Positions 1 to 12,759 of a DNA stretch of 64,000 bases are shown here, in pieces. Location: the NCBI GenBank assembly GCA_964016885.1, contig OZ024743.1, positions 38,936,001-39,000,000 of the forward strand, given 5' to 3'. A model generated the notes under the pieces. The model worked only from the letters and a program-made list of their open reading frames with translations. It had not been told where the DNA came from and made no database searches. A program made the position numbers and the translations under genes. Source of the stretch: Eledone cirrhosa (Eukaryota). The first letter of the stretch is position 1. The number at the start of each line of letters is the position of its first letter.

Positions 1-456
1 CCTTCAACACCACCACCACAAGCACCAACATCGCAAACACAACAACAAAACACACACACCCAGCAACAACGACAAGAAAATAGCAGAACCACACCCCACC
101 CCCAGAAAAACAAATGCACGGCAATAAACACACACAACAAGAAACTAATGACTTACATAATTGAACACACAGACATTTCACAACAGGACTACATAATACC
201 AGCACCAATCAAAACGCCAACTAACATAAGACTGCTAAAAATAGCACAGAAACAATACACAAACATTAAAACGAAATTCCCCGACGCAGTTGGTGATTTC
301 AGGGACCTAGGAGGAACCATTAATCGAAGAGTATATTCAGACATTCTCTTAGAAGAGCCGACGACCAGCCGAAGGGACGATTCAACGGTCCCTTCACCAG
401 ACGATCAAGTGAAAAGGGATGTAAAAACCATCCCTCCTCTACCAAAAGTACGGTAA
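1..456 (+). CDS. C-terminal part of LINE ORF1 (copy 1)
   Basis: Ends ...GDFR..RRVYSDIL.EE...PLPKVR*, homologous to the copy 2 ORF1 end (GDFR..RRIYKDIL.EE...PLPEVR*); stop 35 nt before the ORF2 ATG. Confidence 0.75.
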   Translation, partial: PSTPPPQAPTSQTQQQNTHTQQQRQENSRTTPHPQKNKCTAINTHNKKLMTYIIEHTDISQQDYIIPAPIKTPTNIRLLKIAQKQYTNIKTKFPDAVGDFRDLGGTINRRVYSDILLEEPTTSRRDDSTVPSPDDQVKRDVKTIPPLPKVR

Positions 457-491
457 GTGGTCTTTCCCATCTTTTCCACTCTATTTTAAAC

Positions 492-3400
492 ATGACCTCA
501 CTCAGAATAGGCAGCATAAATGCGCGTGGCTTGGGGTCGTCATGGAAGCAGGGTCACCTGCTCAACGACCTCAGGTCACTAAACATAGATGTAGTGGCCA
601 TCAGCGAGACCAGAATCTCCGAAGCACGGGCCTTCGCACCGATCTTCGGCGTCTACGATGTGTACGCATCTCCCAGCCGTCCTGGATCCGGTGGAGGAGT
701 TGCTGTGCTTTTTCGGAGAGGTTTGGATCTTGCCATACGGGCCATCTTCCTGGACCCATAGGGTAAGCTGGTGGTGCTGGACGTGACCAGCGGAGACGGG
801 CAAGCTTTCAGGCTAGTGGCCGTCTATGCCCCGACAGGAGCAGGGCGGCCTGATTTCTTCCGGCGTCTGGAGACCTTTCTTGGAACGTCCCGCTCTTTAG
901 TGTTAGTGGGCGACTGGAACGGGATCTTAGATGCACGCTGGGACTGTGTGGGATTAGCGGATAGGGGTGGAGGGTGCAAGAGCCTCACCAACCTGCTCAG
1001 GCGTTTTGAACTGTCTGACAGGTACCGATTGGATTTCCCGAATGTGCCAATGTGGACTTGGACAAACCGCATAGGGTCATCCAGATCATATCTAGATAGA
1101 GTATTTTGTAGGGAAATAGATAGGTCTAGCATAGGCTGTCCACAATTCAAGATAGTCAGCTACACGGACCACAAATTCGTGACCTGTGTGCTTGACTTAG
1201 ATAGGCTTCATAGACGAGGACCCGGCTACTGGAAGCTAAACGCGTCCTTACCAGCGCGCAAGGCCTACAGAGACCGGATTAGCGAACTAGTTAAGCGGGC
1301 GTTGACGGGGGCCATCGTCAACAACAAGTGGTGGTTTGCTCTGAAAAGAGCGATTAGAATAGAATCGATTAGGTTTAGTAAGGCTTTAGCAATAGAGAAA
1401 AATAGAGCAGGGGGAGAACTAGTTAGAAAATTAGACGAGGCGCTTAGCAAAGGCATTGCGACCGACGTGCTTGCGGCGAAATTGGCCCTTGACCAATTCT
1501 TCAATGCAAAGCACGAAGGCTGCGTTGTCAGAGCTAGGGTGCGGCTCTCAGACACGAGGGGACGAAAGCCGTTCAATGGGCCCGAGTGGCGGAGGCCCGT
1601 CGTGGCAACAAAGCCACGATCCAGTCTTTGGTGGACCACAACGGGCGCATGCTACTCGATCCCGGGCAAATGTGTGAAGCTTTTCAGCGACACTTCGCTC
1701 AGCTGTTCGGGGGCAGCGGTGGGCCGGGTAGAGGGATGGACTTTAGTGTCTACCTCGACGGACTGCCGCGGCTTTCGGCCACTGAGGCGGAGTGTTGCGA
1801 AAAGCCGATAACAGCCGCTGAAGTAAGGGAGGCAATGACTGGCTGCACAAGGGGTAAATCGCCTGGTTTGGATGGTCTGCCCTATGAACTTTACGTACAG
1901 ATGCCAGACTTGTTCGGAGGCCTCTTGGCGGACGTCTACTGCAACTGGCAACAGAACGGGAGAATTCCCAGTTCTGTGAGCCGAGGAGCGGTGGCACTGC
2001 TGAGAAAGGATCCGAACAAGGGGGATAACATAGAAAATTTCCGGCCCATAACTCTGCTAAACACAGAGTTTAAGATTTTGGCCAAGGTGCTAGCAAAGAG
2101 GTTGGCGCTTGTCGTTGGTGGTCTGGTGGGAGAGGCGCAGACATGCGCCATTCCCGACAGATCCATCCACGACAACCTCCACCTCATGCGATACATCGTA
2201 GAGAGGGTAGCTAGGAATCAATTTAGATCAGTCGAAAGCTTTCGATAGGGTCGACCATCGTTACCTAGCGGCAGTCCTGAGGGCGGCTGGCTTTGGGCCC
2301 GTCTTCAGAGGCTGGATCGCTGCCATGCACAGCGACATCTGCTCTGTGGTGAGAGTGAACGGTCACCTGTCGGAACCGTTCAACATCATGCGCTCGGTCC
2401 GCCAAGGATGTCCCCTCTCGTCCCTCTTGTACGTATTGACTCTCGAGCCATTACTGCACAAACTGGAGACGTTGAGGGGGGTCCCGCGCGAACTAGGATG
2501 CGGAAGATCCGTATCAGCATATGCGGACGATGTCACCGTAGTGGTGTCGAACGCCAAACACATCGAGGCGATCGGCACTACACTAAGAGAATACGAAGCG
2601 GTGACAGGAGCAATGATCAACCAGGAAAAGTCAGTGGGCCTGCAGCTCGGCACCTGGAGAGGCAGGTCCATGCCGTCCAACAGCGTCGTCGGACGCTGGA
2701 CGGACGGACCGGTTAAATTGCTAGGGGTCTGGTTCGGTCCGGACCTCCAGACGGACAAAAACTGGGACGAGGTGACGAGCAGGGTGGCTTCTCTCACCCA
2801 GAAATGGGCCGAGAGGAAGCTATCCCTGAAAGGTCGAGCGGAGGTGGCTAACGCGTACATCGCGTCCGTCATCTGCTACCGCCTGACCGTCGTACCTTGT
2901 CCTAAGCCTCGCCTGACTGTGCTGGAGCGTTTGCTCTTTCGCTTTTTGTGGAAGGGACGCGCTCCGATGGTCAGGCGGTCCATCTGTTGTCAACACCCGC
3001 TACGTGGAGGGCTGGGCATGCCGTGGCTGATGATGCGCAGGCACGCGCTCAGGCTACGACATCTCCACCTCTTCCTCGACGGTGATCAGGTGTGGTCGCC
3101 GTTTGCTAGACGCGTGTTTCCCCAGCTCGTTTCCTTGACGGAGCTGCAGTCCTGGGTCAAGCGAAGACCGAGAAGGAGCGCCTGGAGACTGGAATGTCTT
3201 CAGGCGCTCACAGCCCTCGACCAATCGGGCAATGTGATCGGTGGAAACTCCACCTCGGCGTTCTATAGAGGATTAGTGGAGGGGAAGAGCGACGACGTAC
3301 TTGGGGAAACTCTAGGCGTCGACGAAAATCAACTAGCCAATCTCTTCGGAAGAACTTTCGGGCCAGGGCCTATGGACAACTTCCAGAAATCTCTGGCCTG

Positions 3401-3887
3401 GCAGTGCTACCGAGGAGCCTTGCCAGTTCGGGATAAACTCTACAGGCATGGAGGTGCCGTCAGCCGGGCATGTCCGAGATGCGCGCAGGGCGACGAAACC
3501 GTCCTGCACGCACTCGTCCAGTGTCCGAAAATTGCTGACTTGTGGGTTTATGTCGAACACCTGCTGTCGCGTTTAGGACGGATCCGGCTATCATCTGAAT
3601 CCATCGTGAGGATTGCCCCGCCCTCCTCCTTTAGCCGGGAAGGGCAGGCAGTTTTTATCTGCCTGGTGGCCATGGCGAAAGAGATAGTATGGTGGACACG
3701 TTTGAAAGGGCTGAAGACGAGCACTTACCTCTTCGGTGATGCTCTGATTGACTTTTTCAAATTTCATTTGAAAAGGAAAATCAGAGTAGAGAGGGAAGTG
3801 CTCTCTTCCCAGCATTTTGTTGAAAGATGGGTGAGAGAAGCAAGAATGGCCCGAGTGAATGGGCCTACTCTGAGCATATATCTGTAA
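492..3887 (+). pseudogene. LINE ORF2 (APE endonuclease-reverse transcriptase-CCHC), disrupted
   Basis: APE motifs SINARGL, ISET, VYAP, GDWN, SYLD, TDH; RT motifs FRPITLLN, KAFDRVDH, VRQGCPLS, YADD; C-terminal CPRC..HALVQC. Stop at 759-761, frameshift near 1543, ~23-bp deletion near 2215 relative to copy 2. Confidence 0.93.
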
Positions 3888-4134
3888 ATTAAAGGTGGAA
3901 AACTGGGAGAGGGCACTTGCCTTGGTGGTCAGGGTCATTGTGGCTTTTTACTGGGCTTTCTCCACAAATGTCCCTCCGAAGTCTCCCCCCTATTGGGGAA
4001 TTTTTCATTGTTATTTTTGTTACATCCTCTGTTTTTGTTTTTTACACGCAGAAATGCCCATTTGTACCGTCCTGCATTGTCCTGCACTGTCCTTAATGTC
4101 TACTTTATGTAAACCCTTGTGGTTAATAAAGAAA

Positions 4135-4172
<38 letters not shown>

Positions 4173-4382
4173 GGCGACCTACGTAGGAAATCGTATTATC
4201 GTGAGCTCCGCAAAGGTTTGTTATTTCCGTTTGTTTAAAAATTGCCATTTAAGGAAAATTTTATTGTAAACTGTTTATAAGCACACATACATTGTTTTCC
4301 GAAAAGGACACCCAAAAAGATTGGGGCCTTGTGCCCAAAATTTTAACTTTTATTATTATCCAAAAATTTCCTTGAAAAAAAA

Positions 4383-6375
4383 ATGGCTAATTCCCCTCTG
4401 CACGAAGCAGCTGAAAGCCTTCCTCACAAAATAACACCTCACACCGACACCACCATTGTAAATGTTACTACGTTTGCCAACACAAAAAAAAATATAAGCA
4501 GTAGCAATATTTTAAATTTGTCTCAGGCAGACATTCATTTCCCGCCATTACCAATGACTGCAGGTGTTAAACCCTCCACCACCACCACCACCGCGACAAC
4601 CACCACCACCACCACCACCACCGCGACAACAGAAACAAAAGAAGAAAAAAATAAATTAACTCGTGACGTCGAAATGAAATCAAGCAAAATGGACTCTTCC
4701 CCACCAAAGACGACTGATGTCACCACCACCAGAACTGAAAATAAAATTAATATTAACGATAGCAACAACAACAACAATGACATTATAAAACCGACCCTCA
4801 GTTTCGCCATCGTAGCAAAACAATTCGAAGCGTTCACGGTAACTCAAGAAGATTTAGAAAATGCCAAACAAATGGTAAAGAAAGATGGGTACAGGGTCAG
4901 CCTCACCCCCCCACTTAATAAAATGGAGCATCGGCGCCTGTGCACCGTGTCGTATAGAACAATAAATGTAAAATCACGCCGAGTGGAACGGGCATCCGAG
5001 TCCCAAATCCAAAAAGCTTTGGGACATGTGTGGGCAAGAAAAACCCACATCAGACGTGGGCAAAAGTATGGAACCGTGGATGTGTTCTTTGAAACACCAG
5101 AGGAGGCTATAGAACATTCCATGACCCCCATTAAAAAGTGACGACCTCACACTCGTCCCAAGCTATTGTGGCCAGAGACTCGTAAAGATCAGGGTGACCC
5201 ACGTTCCACCGGCCATCGAAATTCCCTGGCTAATAGCGGCTGTCCTCGCCGGCATCGAAGCCAACACGAAAATAATAGCAGTAGCAAAAGAAAAGCAGGA
5301 AAACTGGTCCGGATCTGGGATGGAGCTCCTGATCCAAGCGGACCAAAAAAGCATTGAGGAGATTCCAGAGGTAATAGACCTCACTGACGGCAGCCACCTC
5401 ACGGTAATTGTCGAGGGCAGAAGACCTAGGTGTGTCGTTTGTGGTGAAGGAACCCACCTAAGGGCTTTCTGCCCTCAGGCTAAAAGGTTGAGGCCACCTC
5501 TCCTACCCACCCCAGTGACACAACCATCAACACCACCAGTAGCAGAGATGGCAGCAACAACTGTAGCAGCAACAACAGAAGCAACTATAACAGCAACAAC
5601 CCCAGCAACAGTAGCAAAACCAACACCACTACCACCACCAGCAAAACTAACACCACAACCACCCAGCGCTTCAGAACTAAGACCAGCGCCTACACCATCC
5701 ACCACACCACAACCAAAACTAACGGCTGTGGAGGATTTTCCACTCCCCGGCCTATCACAACTGGAGACAGATTGTGACGACGAGGAGTGGGAAACGATAT
5801 CCGGAAAAAAAAAACAGAAGCCAAAAAAGAAAAAAAATTCTCTTCTTTCCCCCTCCAAAAACAAAATACAGAGGGAAACAAATAAACTAAGAAACAAAAA
5901 AGTTAGGACAGATATGCCACCATCCACATCAGCATCACCAACCCCATCAACACAAACACCAACACCATCACCATCATTATCCCCAGCACCACCATCACCT
6001 ACACCACAAAAGTCACCAAAATGCGAAACAGAAACATACCCACAACAAACGCAAACAAAACAAAACAACCAAAACGATAAACACTACACAGCATTAAATT
6101 TGAACAACAAGCAATTATTACACTACATCCAACACAACACCAGCATCACAGAAAAAGACTACACAACAACCCCAAAATTCACACCACCTCCACACATACA
6201 AATCACTCGCATCACACAGAAAACGTACATGACACTAAAACAAAAATTACCCAAAGACATCGGAGACTTCCGACAAGCACTCTCCAGGAGGATTTATAAG
6301 GACATCCTTCCTGAGGAGGCCACAAGCAGTGAAAAGGATGGAAAAGCCGTCCTTCCCCTACCAGAAGTAAGGTAA
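4383..6375 (+). pseudogene. LINE ORF1 (RRM-like region, CCHC knuckle, Pro/Thr-rich linker), one frameshift
   Basis: ORFs 4383-5141 and 5194-6375 join if one A of the A5 run at 5133-5137 is removed (MTPIK-SDDLTLVPSYCG...); CVVCGEGTHLRAFC knuckle; acidic DDEEW followed by basic KKKQKPKKKK. Confidence 0.82.
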
Positions 6376-6409
6376 GTGGTCTTTCCCATCTTTTCCACTC
6401 CTTTTCAAC

Positions 6410-9090
6410 ATGACCTCACTCAGAATAGGCAGCATAAATGCGCGTGGCTTGGGTTCGTCATGGAAGCAGGGCCACCTGCTCAACGACCTCAGGTCACTAA
6501 ACATAGATGTAGTGGCCATCAGCGAGACCAGAATCTCCGAAGCACAGGCTTTCGCACCGATCTTCGGCGGCTACGATGTGTACGCATCTCCCAGCCGTCC
6601 GGGATCGGGGGGAGGAGTTGCTGTGCTTTTTCGGAGAGGTTTGGATCTTGCCATACGGGCCATCTTCCTGGATCCAGAAGGTAAGTTGGTGGTGCTGGAC
6701 GTGACCAGCGGAGACGGGCAAGCTTTCAGGTTAGTGGCCGTCTATGCCCCGACAGGAGCAGGGCGGCCTGATTTCTTCCGGCGTCTGGAGACCTTTCTTG
6801 GAACGTCCCGCTCTTTAGTGTTAGTGGGCGACTGGAACGGGATCTTAGATGCACGCTGGGATTGTGTGGGATTAGTGGATAGGGAAGAAGGGTGCAAGAG
6901 TATCACCAACCTGCTCAGACGTTTTGAACTGTCTGACAGGTACCGAAAGGATTTCCCGAATGTACCAATGTGGACTTGGACAAATCGCATAGGGTCATCC
7001 AGATCATATCTAGATAGAGTATTTTGTAGGGAAATAGATAGGTCTAGCATAGGCTGTCCACAATTCAAGATAGTCAGCTACACGGACCACAAATTCGTGA
7101 TATGTGTGCTTGACTTAGATAGGCTTCATAGACGAGGACCCGGCTACTGGAAGTTAAACGCGTCCTTACCAGCGCGCAAGGCCTACAGAGACCGGATTAG
7201 CGAACTAGTTAAGCGGGCGTTGACGGGGGGCCATCGTCAACAACAAGTGGTGGTTTGCTCTGAAAAAAGCAATTAGAATAGAGTCCATTAGGTTTAGTAA
7301 GACTTTAACAATAGAGAACAATAGAGCAGAGGGAGAATTAGTTAGACAATTAGATGAGGCGCTTAGCAAAGGCATCGCGACCGACGTACTTGCGGCGAAA
7401 TTGGCCCTTGACCAATTCTTCATTGCAAAGCACGAAGGCTGCGTTGTCAGAGCTAGGGTGCGTGCTCTCAGACACGAGGGGACGAAAGCCGTTCAATGGG
7501 CCCGAGTGGCGGAGGCGCGTCGTGGAAACAAAGCCACGATCCGGTCTTTGGTGGACAACGACGGGCGCATGCTACTCGATCCCGGGCAAATGTGTGACGC
7601 TTTTCAGCGACACTTCGCTCAACTGTTCGGGGGCAGTGGAGGGCCGGTACGAGGGATGGACTTTAGTGTCTACCTCGACGGACTGCCGCGGCTTTCGGCC
7701 ACTGAGGCGGAGTGTTGCGAAAAGCCGATAACAACCGCTGAAGTACGGGATGCAATGACTAGTTGCACAAGGGGTAAATCGCCTGGTTTGGATGGTCTGC
7801 CCTATGAACTTTACGTACAAATGCCAAACTTGTTCGGAGGCCTCTTGGCGGACGTCTACTGCAACTGGCAACAGAACGGGAGAATTCCCAGCTCTGTGAG
7901 CCGAGGAGCGGTGGCGCTGCTGAGAAAGGATCCGAACAAGGGGGATAACATAGATAATTTTAGGCCCATAACTCTGCTAAACACAGAGTTCAAGATTTTG
8001 GCCAAGGTGCTAGCAAAGAGGTTGGCGCTTGTCGTTGGTTGTCTGGTGGGAGAGGCACAGACATGCGCCATTCCCGACAGATCCATCCACGACAACCTCC
8101 GCCTCATGCGATACATCGTAGAGAGGGTAGCTAGGGAACCTGGCACGGGTGGGTCTTTGATCAATTTAGATCAGTCGAAAGCCTTCGATAGGGTCGACCA
8201 TAGTTACCTAACGGCAGTCCTGAGGGCGGCTGGCTTTGGGCCCGTCTTCAGAGGCTGGATCGCTGCCATGCACAGCGACATCTGCTCTGAAGTGAGAGCG
8301 AACGGACACCTTTTGGAACCGTTCAACATCATGCGCTCGGTCCGCCAAGGATGTCCCCTCTCGTCCCTATTGTACGTATTGACTCTCGAGCCATTACTGC
8401 ACAAACTGGAGACGTTGAGGGGGTCCCGCGCGAACTAGGATGCGGAAGATCCGTGTCAGCATATGCCGACGATGTCACCGTAGTGGTGTCGAACGCCAAA
8501 CACATCGAGGCGATCGGCACTACACTAAGAGAATAAGAAGCGGTGACAGGAGCAATGTTCAACCAGGAAAAGTCAGTGGGCCTGCAGCTCGGCACCTGGA
8601 GAGGCAGGTCCATGCCGTCCAACAGCGTAGTCGGGCGCTGGACGGACGGACCGGTTAAATTGCTAGGGGTCTGGTTAGGTCCAAAACTCCCAATGGACAA
8701 AAACTGGGACGAGGTGACGAGCAGGGTGGCTTCTCTCACCCAGAAATGGGCCGAGAGGAAGCTATCCCTGAACGGTCGAGCGGAGGTGGCGAATGCGTAC
8801 ATCGCATCCGTCATCTACTACCGCCTGACCGTCGTACCTTGTCCTAAGCCCCGCCTGACTGCGCTGGAGCGTTTGATCTTTCGCTTCTTGTGGAAGGGAC
8901 GCGCTCCGATGGTCAGGCAGTCCATCTGCTGTCAACACCCGCTACGTGGAGGGCTGGGCATGCCGTGGCTGATGATGCGCAGACACGCGCTCAGGCTACG
9001 ACATCTCCACCTCTTCCTCGACGGTGATCAGGTGTGGTCGCCATTTGCAAGACACGTTTTTCCCCAGCTCGTCTCCTTGACGGAGCTGCA
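6410..9090 (+). pseudogene. LINE ORF2 copy 2, frameshifted and truncated
   Basis: Near-identical to 492-3150; frameshifts in G runs (~7228, ~8420), stop at ~8534. Confidence 0.92.
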
Positions 9091-12000
9091 GTAAGTGGTT
9101 TTTTCACATCTTTTCCACTCCATTTCAACATGACCTCACTCAGAATAGGCAGCATAAATGCCCGTGGCTTGGGCTCATCATGGAAGCAGGGCCACCTGCT
9201 CAACGACCTCAGGTCACTAAACATAGATGTAGTGGCCATCAGCGAGACCAGAATCTCCGAAGCACCGGTAGCACCGATCTTCGGTGGCTACGATGTGTAC
9301 GCATCTCCCAGCCGTCCGGGATTGGGGGGGAGGAGTTGCTGTGCTTTTTCGGAGAGGTTTGGATCTTGCCATACGGGCCATCTTCCTGGACCCAGAAGGT
9401 AAGTTGGTTGTGCTGGACGTGACCAGCGGAGACGGGCAAGCTTTCAGGTTAGTGGCCGTCTATGCCCCGACAGGAGCAGGGCGGCCTGATTTCTTCCGGC
9501 GTCTGGAGACCTTTCTTGGAACGTCCCGCTCTTTAGTGTAATGGGCGACTGGAACGGGATCTTAGATCACACTGGGACTGTGTGGGATTAGTGGATAGGG
9601 AAGGAGGGTGTAAGAATCTCACCAACCTGCTCAGGCGTTTTGAACTGTCTGACAGGTACCGATTGGATTTCCCGAATGTGCCAATGTGGACTTGGACAAA
9701 TCGCATAGGTTCATCCAGATCATATCTAGATAGAGTATTTTGGAGGGAAATAGATAGGTCTAGCATAGGCTGTCCACAATACATGATAGTCAGCTACACA
9801 GACCACAAATTCGTGATCCGTGTGCTTGACTTAGATAGGCTTCATAGACGAGGACCCGGCTACTGGAAGCTAAACGCGTCCTTACCACCGCGCAAGGCCT
9901 ACGGAGACCGGATTAGCGAACTAGTTAAGCGGGCGATGACGGGGGCCATCGTCAACAATAAGTGGTGGTTTGCTCTGAAAAGAGCAATTAGAATAGAGTC
10001 CATTAGGTTTAGTAAGGCTTTAGCAATAGAGTAAAAAAGAGCAGAAGGAGAATTAGTTAGAAAATTAGACGAGCGCTTAGCAATGGGATCGCGACCGACG
10101 TACTTGCGGCGAAATTGGCCCTTGACCAATTCTTCAATGCAAAGAAGGAAGGCTGCGTTGTCAGAGCTAAAGTGCGTGCTCTTAGACACGAGGGGACGAG
10201 AGCCGTTCAATGGGCCCGAGTGGCGGAGGCGCGTCGTGTCAACAAAGCCACGATAGGTCTTTAGTGGACCACGACGGGCGCATGCTACTCGATCCTGGGC
10301 AAATGTGTGAAGCTTTTCAGCGACATTTCGCACAGCTGTTAGGGATCAGCGGCGAGCCGGATCGAGGGATGGACTTTAGTGTCTACCTCGACGGACAGCC
10401 GCGGCTCTCGGTCACTTAGGCGGAGTGTTGCGAAAAGCCGATAACAGCCGCTGAAGTACGGGATGCAATGACTAGTTGCACAAGGGGTAAATCGCCTGGT
10501 TTGGATGGTCTGCCCTATGAACTTTACGTACAAATGCCAAACTTGTTCGGAGGCCTCTTGGCGGACGTCTACTGCAACTGGCAACAGAACGGGAGAATTC
10601 CCAGCTCTGTGAGCCGAGGAGCGGTGGCGCTGCTGAGAAAGGATCCGAACAATGGGGATAACAGAGATAATTTCAGGCCCATAACTCTGCTAAACACACA
10701 GTTCAAGATTTTGGCCAAGGTGCTAGCAAAGAGGTTGGCGCTTGTCGTTGGTGGTCTGGCGGGAGAGGCGCAGACGTGCGCCATTCCCGACAGATCCATC
10801 CACGACAACCTGCACGTAATGCGGTACATCGTAGAGAGGGGAGCTAGGGAACCTGGCACCGGTGGTTCCTTGATCAATTTAGATCAGTCGAAAGCTTTCA
10901 ATGGGTTCGACCATCGTATCCTAGCGGCAGTCCTGAGGGCGGCTGGCTTAGGGCCCGTCTTCAGAGGCTGGATCGCTGCCATGCACAGCGACATGTGCTC
11001 TGTGGTGAGAGTAAACGGTCACCTTTCGCAACCGTTCAACATCATGCGCTCGGTCCGCCAAGGATGTCCCCTCTCGTCCCTCTTGTACGTATTGACTCTC
11101 GAGCCATTACTGCACAAACTGAAGACGTTGAGGGGGGTCCCGCTCGAACTAGGATGCGGAAGATCCGTGTCAGCATATGTGGACGATGTCACCGTAGTGG
11201 TGTCGAACACCAAACACATCGAGGCTATCGGCACTACACTAAGAGAATACGAAGCGTTGACAGGAGCAATGATCAACCAGGAAAAATCAGTGCGCCTGCA
11301 ATCTCAGCACCTGGAGAGGCAGGTCCATGCCGTCCAACAGCTTCGACGGGCGCTGGACGGACGGACCGTTTAAATTGCTAGGGGCCTGGTTAAGTCCGGA
11401 CCTCCGGACGGACAAAAACTGGGACGAGGTGACGAGCAGGGTTGCTTCTCTCACTCAGAAATGGGCGGAGAGGAACCTATCCCTGAAAGGTCGAGCGGAG
11501 GTGGTTAACGCGTACATCGTGTCCGTCATCGACTACCGCCTGATCGTCGTACCTTGTCCTACGACATCTCCAACTCTTCCTCGACGGTGATCAGGTGTGG
11601 TCGCTGTTTGCTAGACACGTCTATCCCCCGCTCGTCTCCTTGACGGAGCTGCAGTCCTGGGTCAAGCGAAGACCGAGTGGGAGCGCTTGGAAACTGGAAT
11701 GTCTTCAGGCGCTCACAGCTCTCGACCAATCGGGCAATGTGATCGATGGAAACTCCACCTTGGCGTTCTATAGAGGATTATTGGAGGGGATGAGCGACGA
11801 CGTACTTGGAGAAACTCTAGGCGTCGATGAAAATCAACTAGCCAATCTCTTTGGAAGGACTTTCGGGCCGGGGCCTATGGACAACTTCCAGAAATCCCTG
11901 GCCTGGCAGTGCTACCGAGGTGCCGTCATCCGGCATGTTCGATATGCGCGCAGGGCGACGAAACCGTCCTGCACACACTCGTCCAGTGTCCGAGCACTGC

Positions 12001-12640
12001 TGACTTGTGGGTTTATGTCGAACACCTGCTGTCACGTGTAGGACGAATCCAGCTATCAGCTGAGTCCATCGTGGGGATGCCCCGCCCTCTTCCTTTAGCC
12101 GGGAAGGGCAGGCAGTTTGTATCTGTCTGGTGGCCATGGCGAAAGAGATAGTATGGTTGACACGTGTGAAAGGGCTGAAGACGAGCACTTACCTCTTCGG
12201 TGATGCCCTGATTAACTTTTTCAAATTTCATTTGAAAAGGAAAATCAGGGTAGAGAGGGAAGTGCTCTCTTCACAGCATTTTGTTGAAAGATAGGTGAGA
12301 GAAGCAAGTATGGCCCGAGTGAATGGGCCTACTCTGAGTATGTGTCTGTAAATTAAACGTGGAAAACTGGGAGAGGGCACTTGCCCTGGTGGTCAGGGTC
12401 ACTGTGGCCTTTTAATGGGCTTTCTCCATAAATGTCCCTCGGAAGTGTCCCCCCTATTGGGGAATTTTTCATTGTTATTTTTTTTATTACATCCTCTGTT
12501 TTTTTACACGCAGAAATGCCCATTTGCACCGTCCTGTATTGTCCTGTACTGTCCTTAATGTCTACTTTATGTAAACCCTTGTGGTTAATAAAGAAAGCAT
12601 TCTTCTTCTTCTTCTTCTTCTTCTTCTTCTTCTTCTTCTT
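9090..12640 (+). mobile_element. LINE copy 3 (ORF2 and 3' UTR only, more decayed) with a (TTC)n tail
   Basis: Begins GTAAGTGG at the ORF1 stop/spacer; many stops and indels; deletions at ~11560 and ~11920; AATAAA ~12586; (TTC)n 12599-12640. Confidence 0.92.
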
Positions 12641-12718
12641 TTTGACTATTAGACTATGACTTTTCCGCACAGCCTTAATTACATCTACACTGTCTAAAAG
12701 CTTTTATATATATATACA

Positions 12719-12759
<41 letters not shown>

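Larger units (their letters stand above)
1..4172 (+). mobile_element. Tx1/L1-clade non-LTR retrotransposon, copy 1 (5' end outside window), ending in a (TTA)n tail
   Basis: ORF1 C-terminus, ORF2 with APE + RT + CCHC, 3' UTR with AATAAA (~4125) and (TTA)n 4138-4172. Confidence 0.93.
4173..9090 (+). mobile_element. Tx1/L1-clade LINE copy 2: apparently intact 5' end, 3'-truncated
   Basis: Starts GGCGACCTACG right after the copy 1 tail; ~210-nt 5' UTR, ORF1, then ORF2 up to ...LTELQ where it is replaced by copy 3. Confidence 0.9.

Noticed and set aside
320-12231. Antisense and alternate-frame ORFs over the LINE array
   Set aside because: Shadows of GC-rich ORF2; they recur only because the element is repeated
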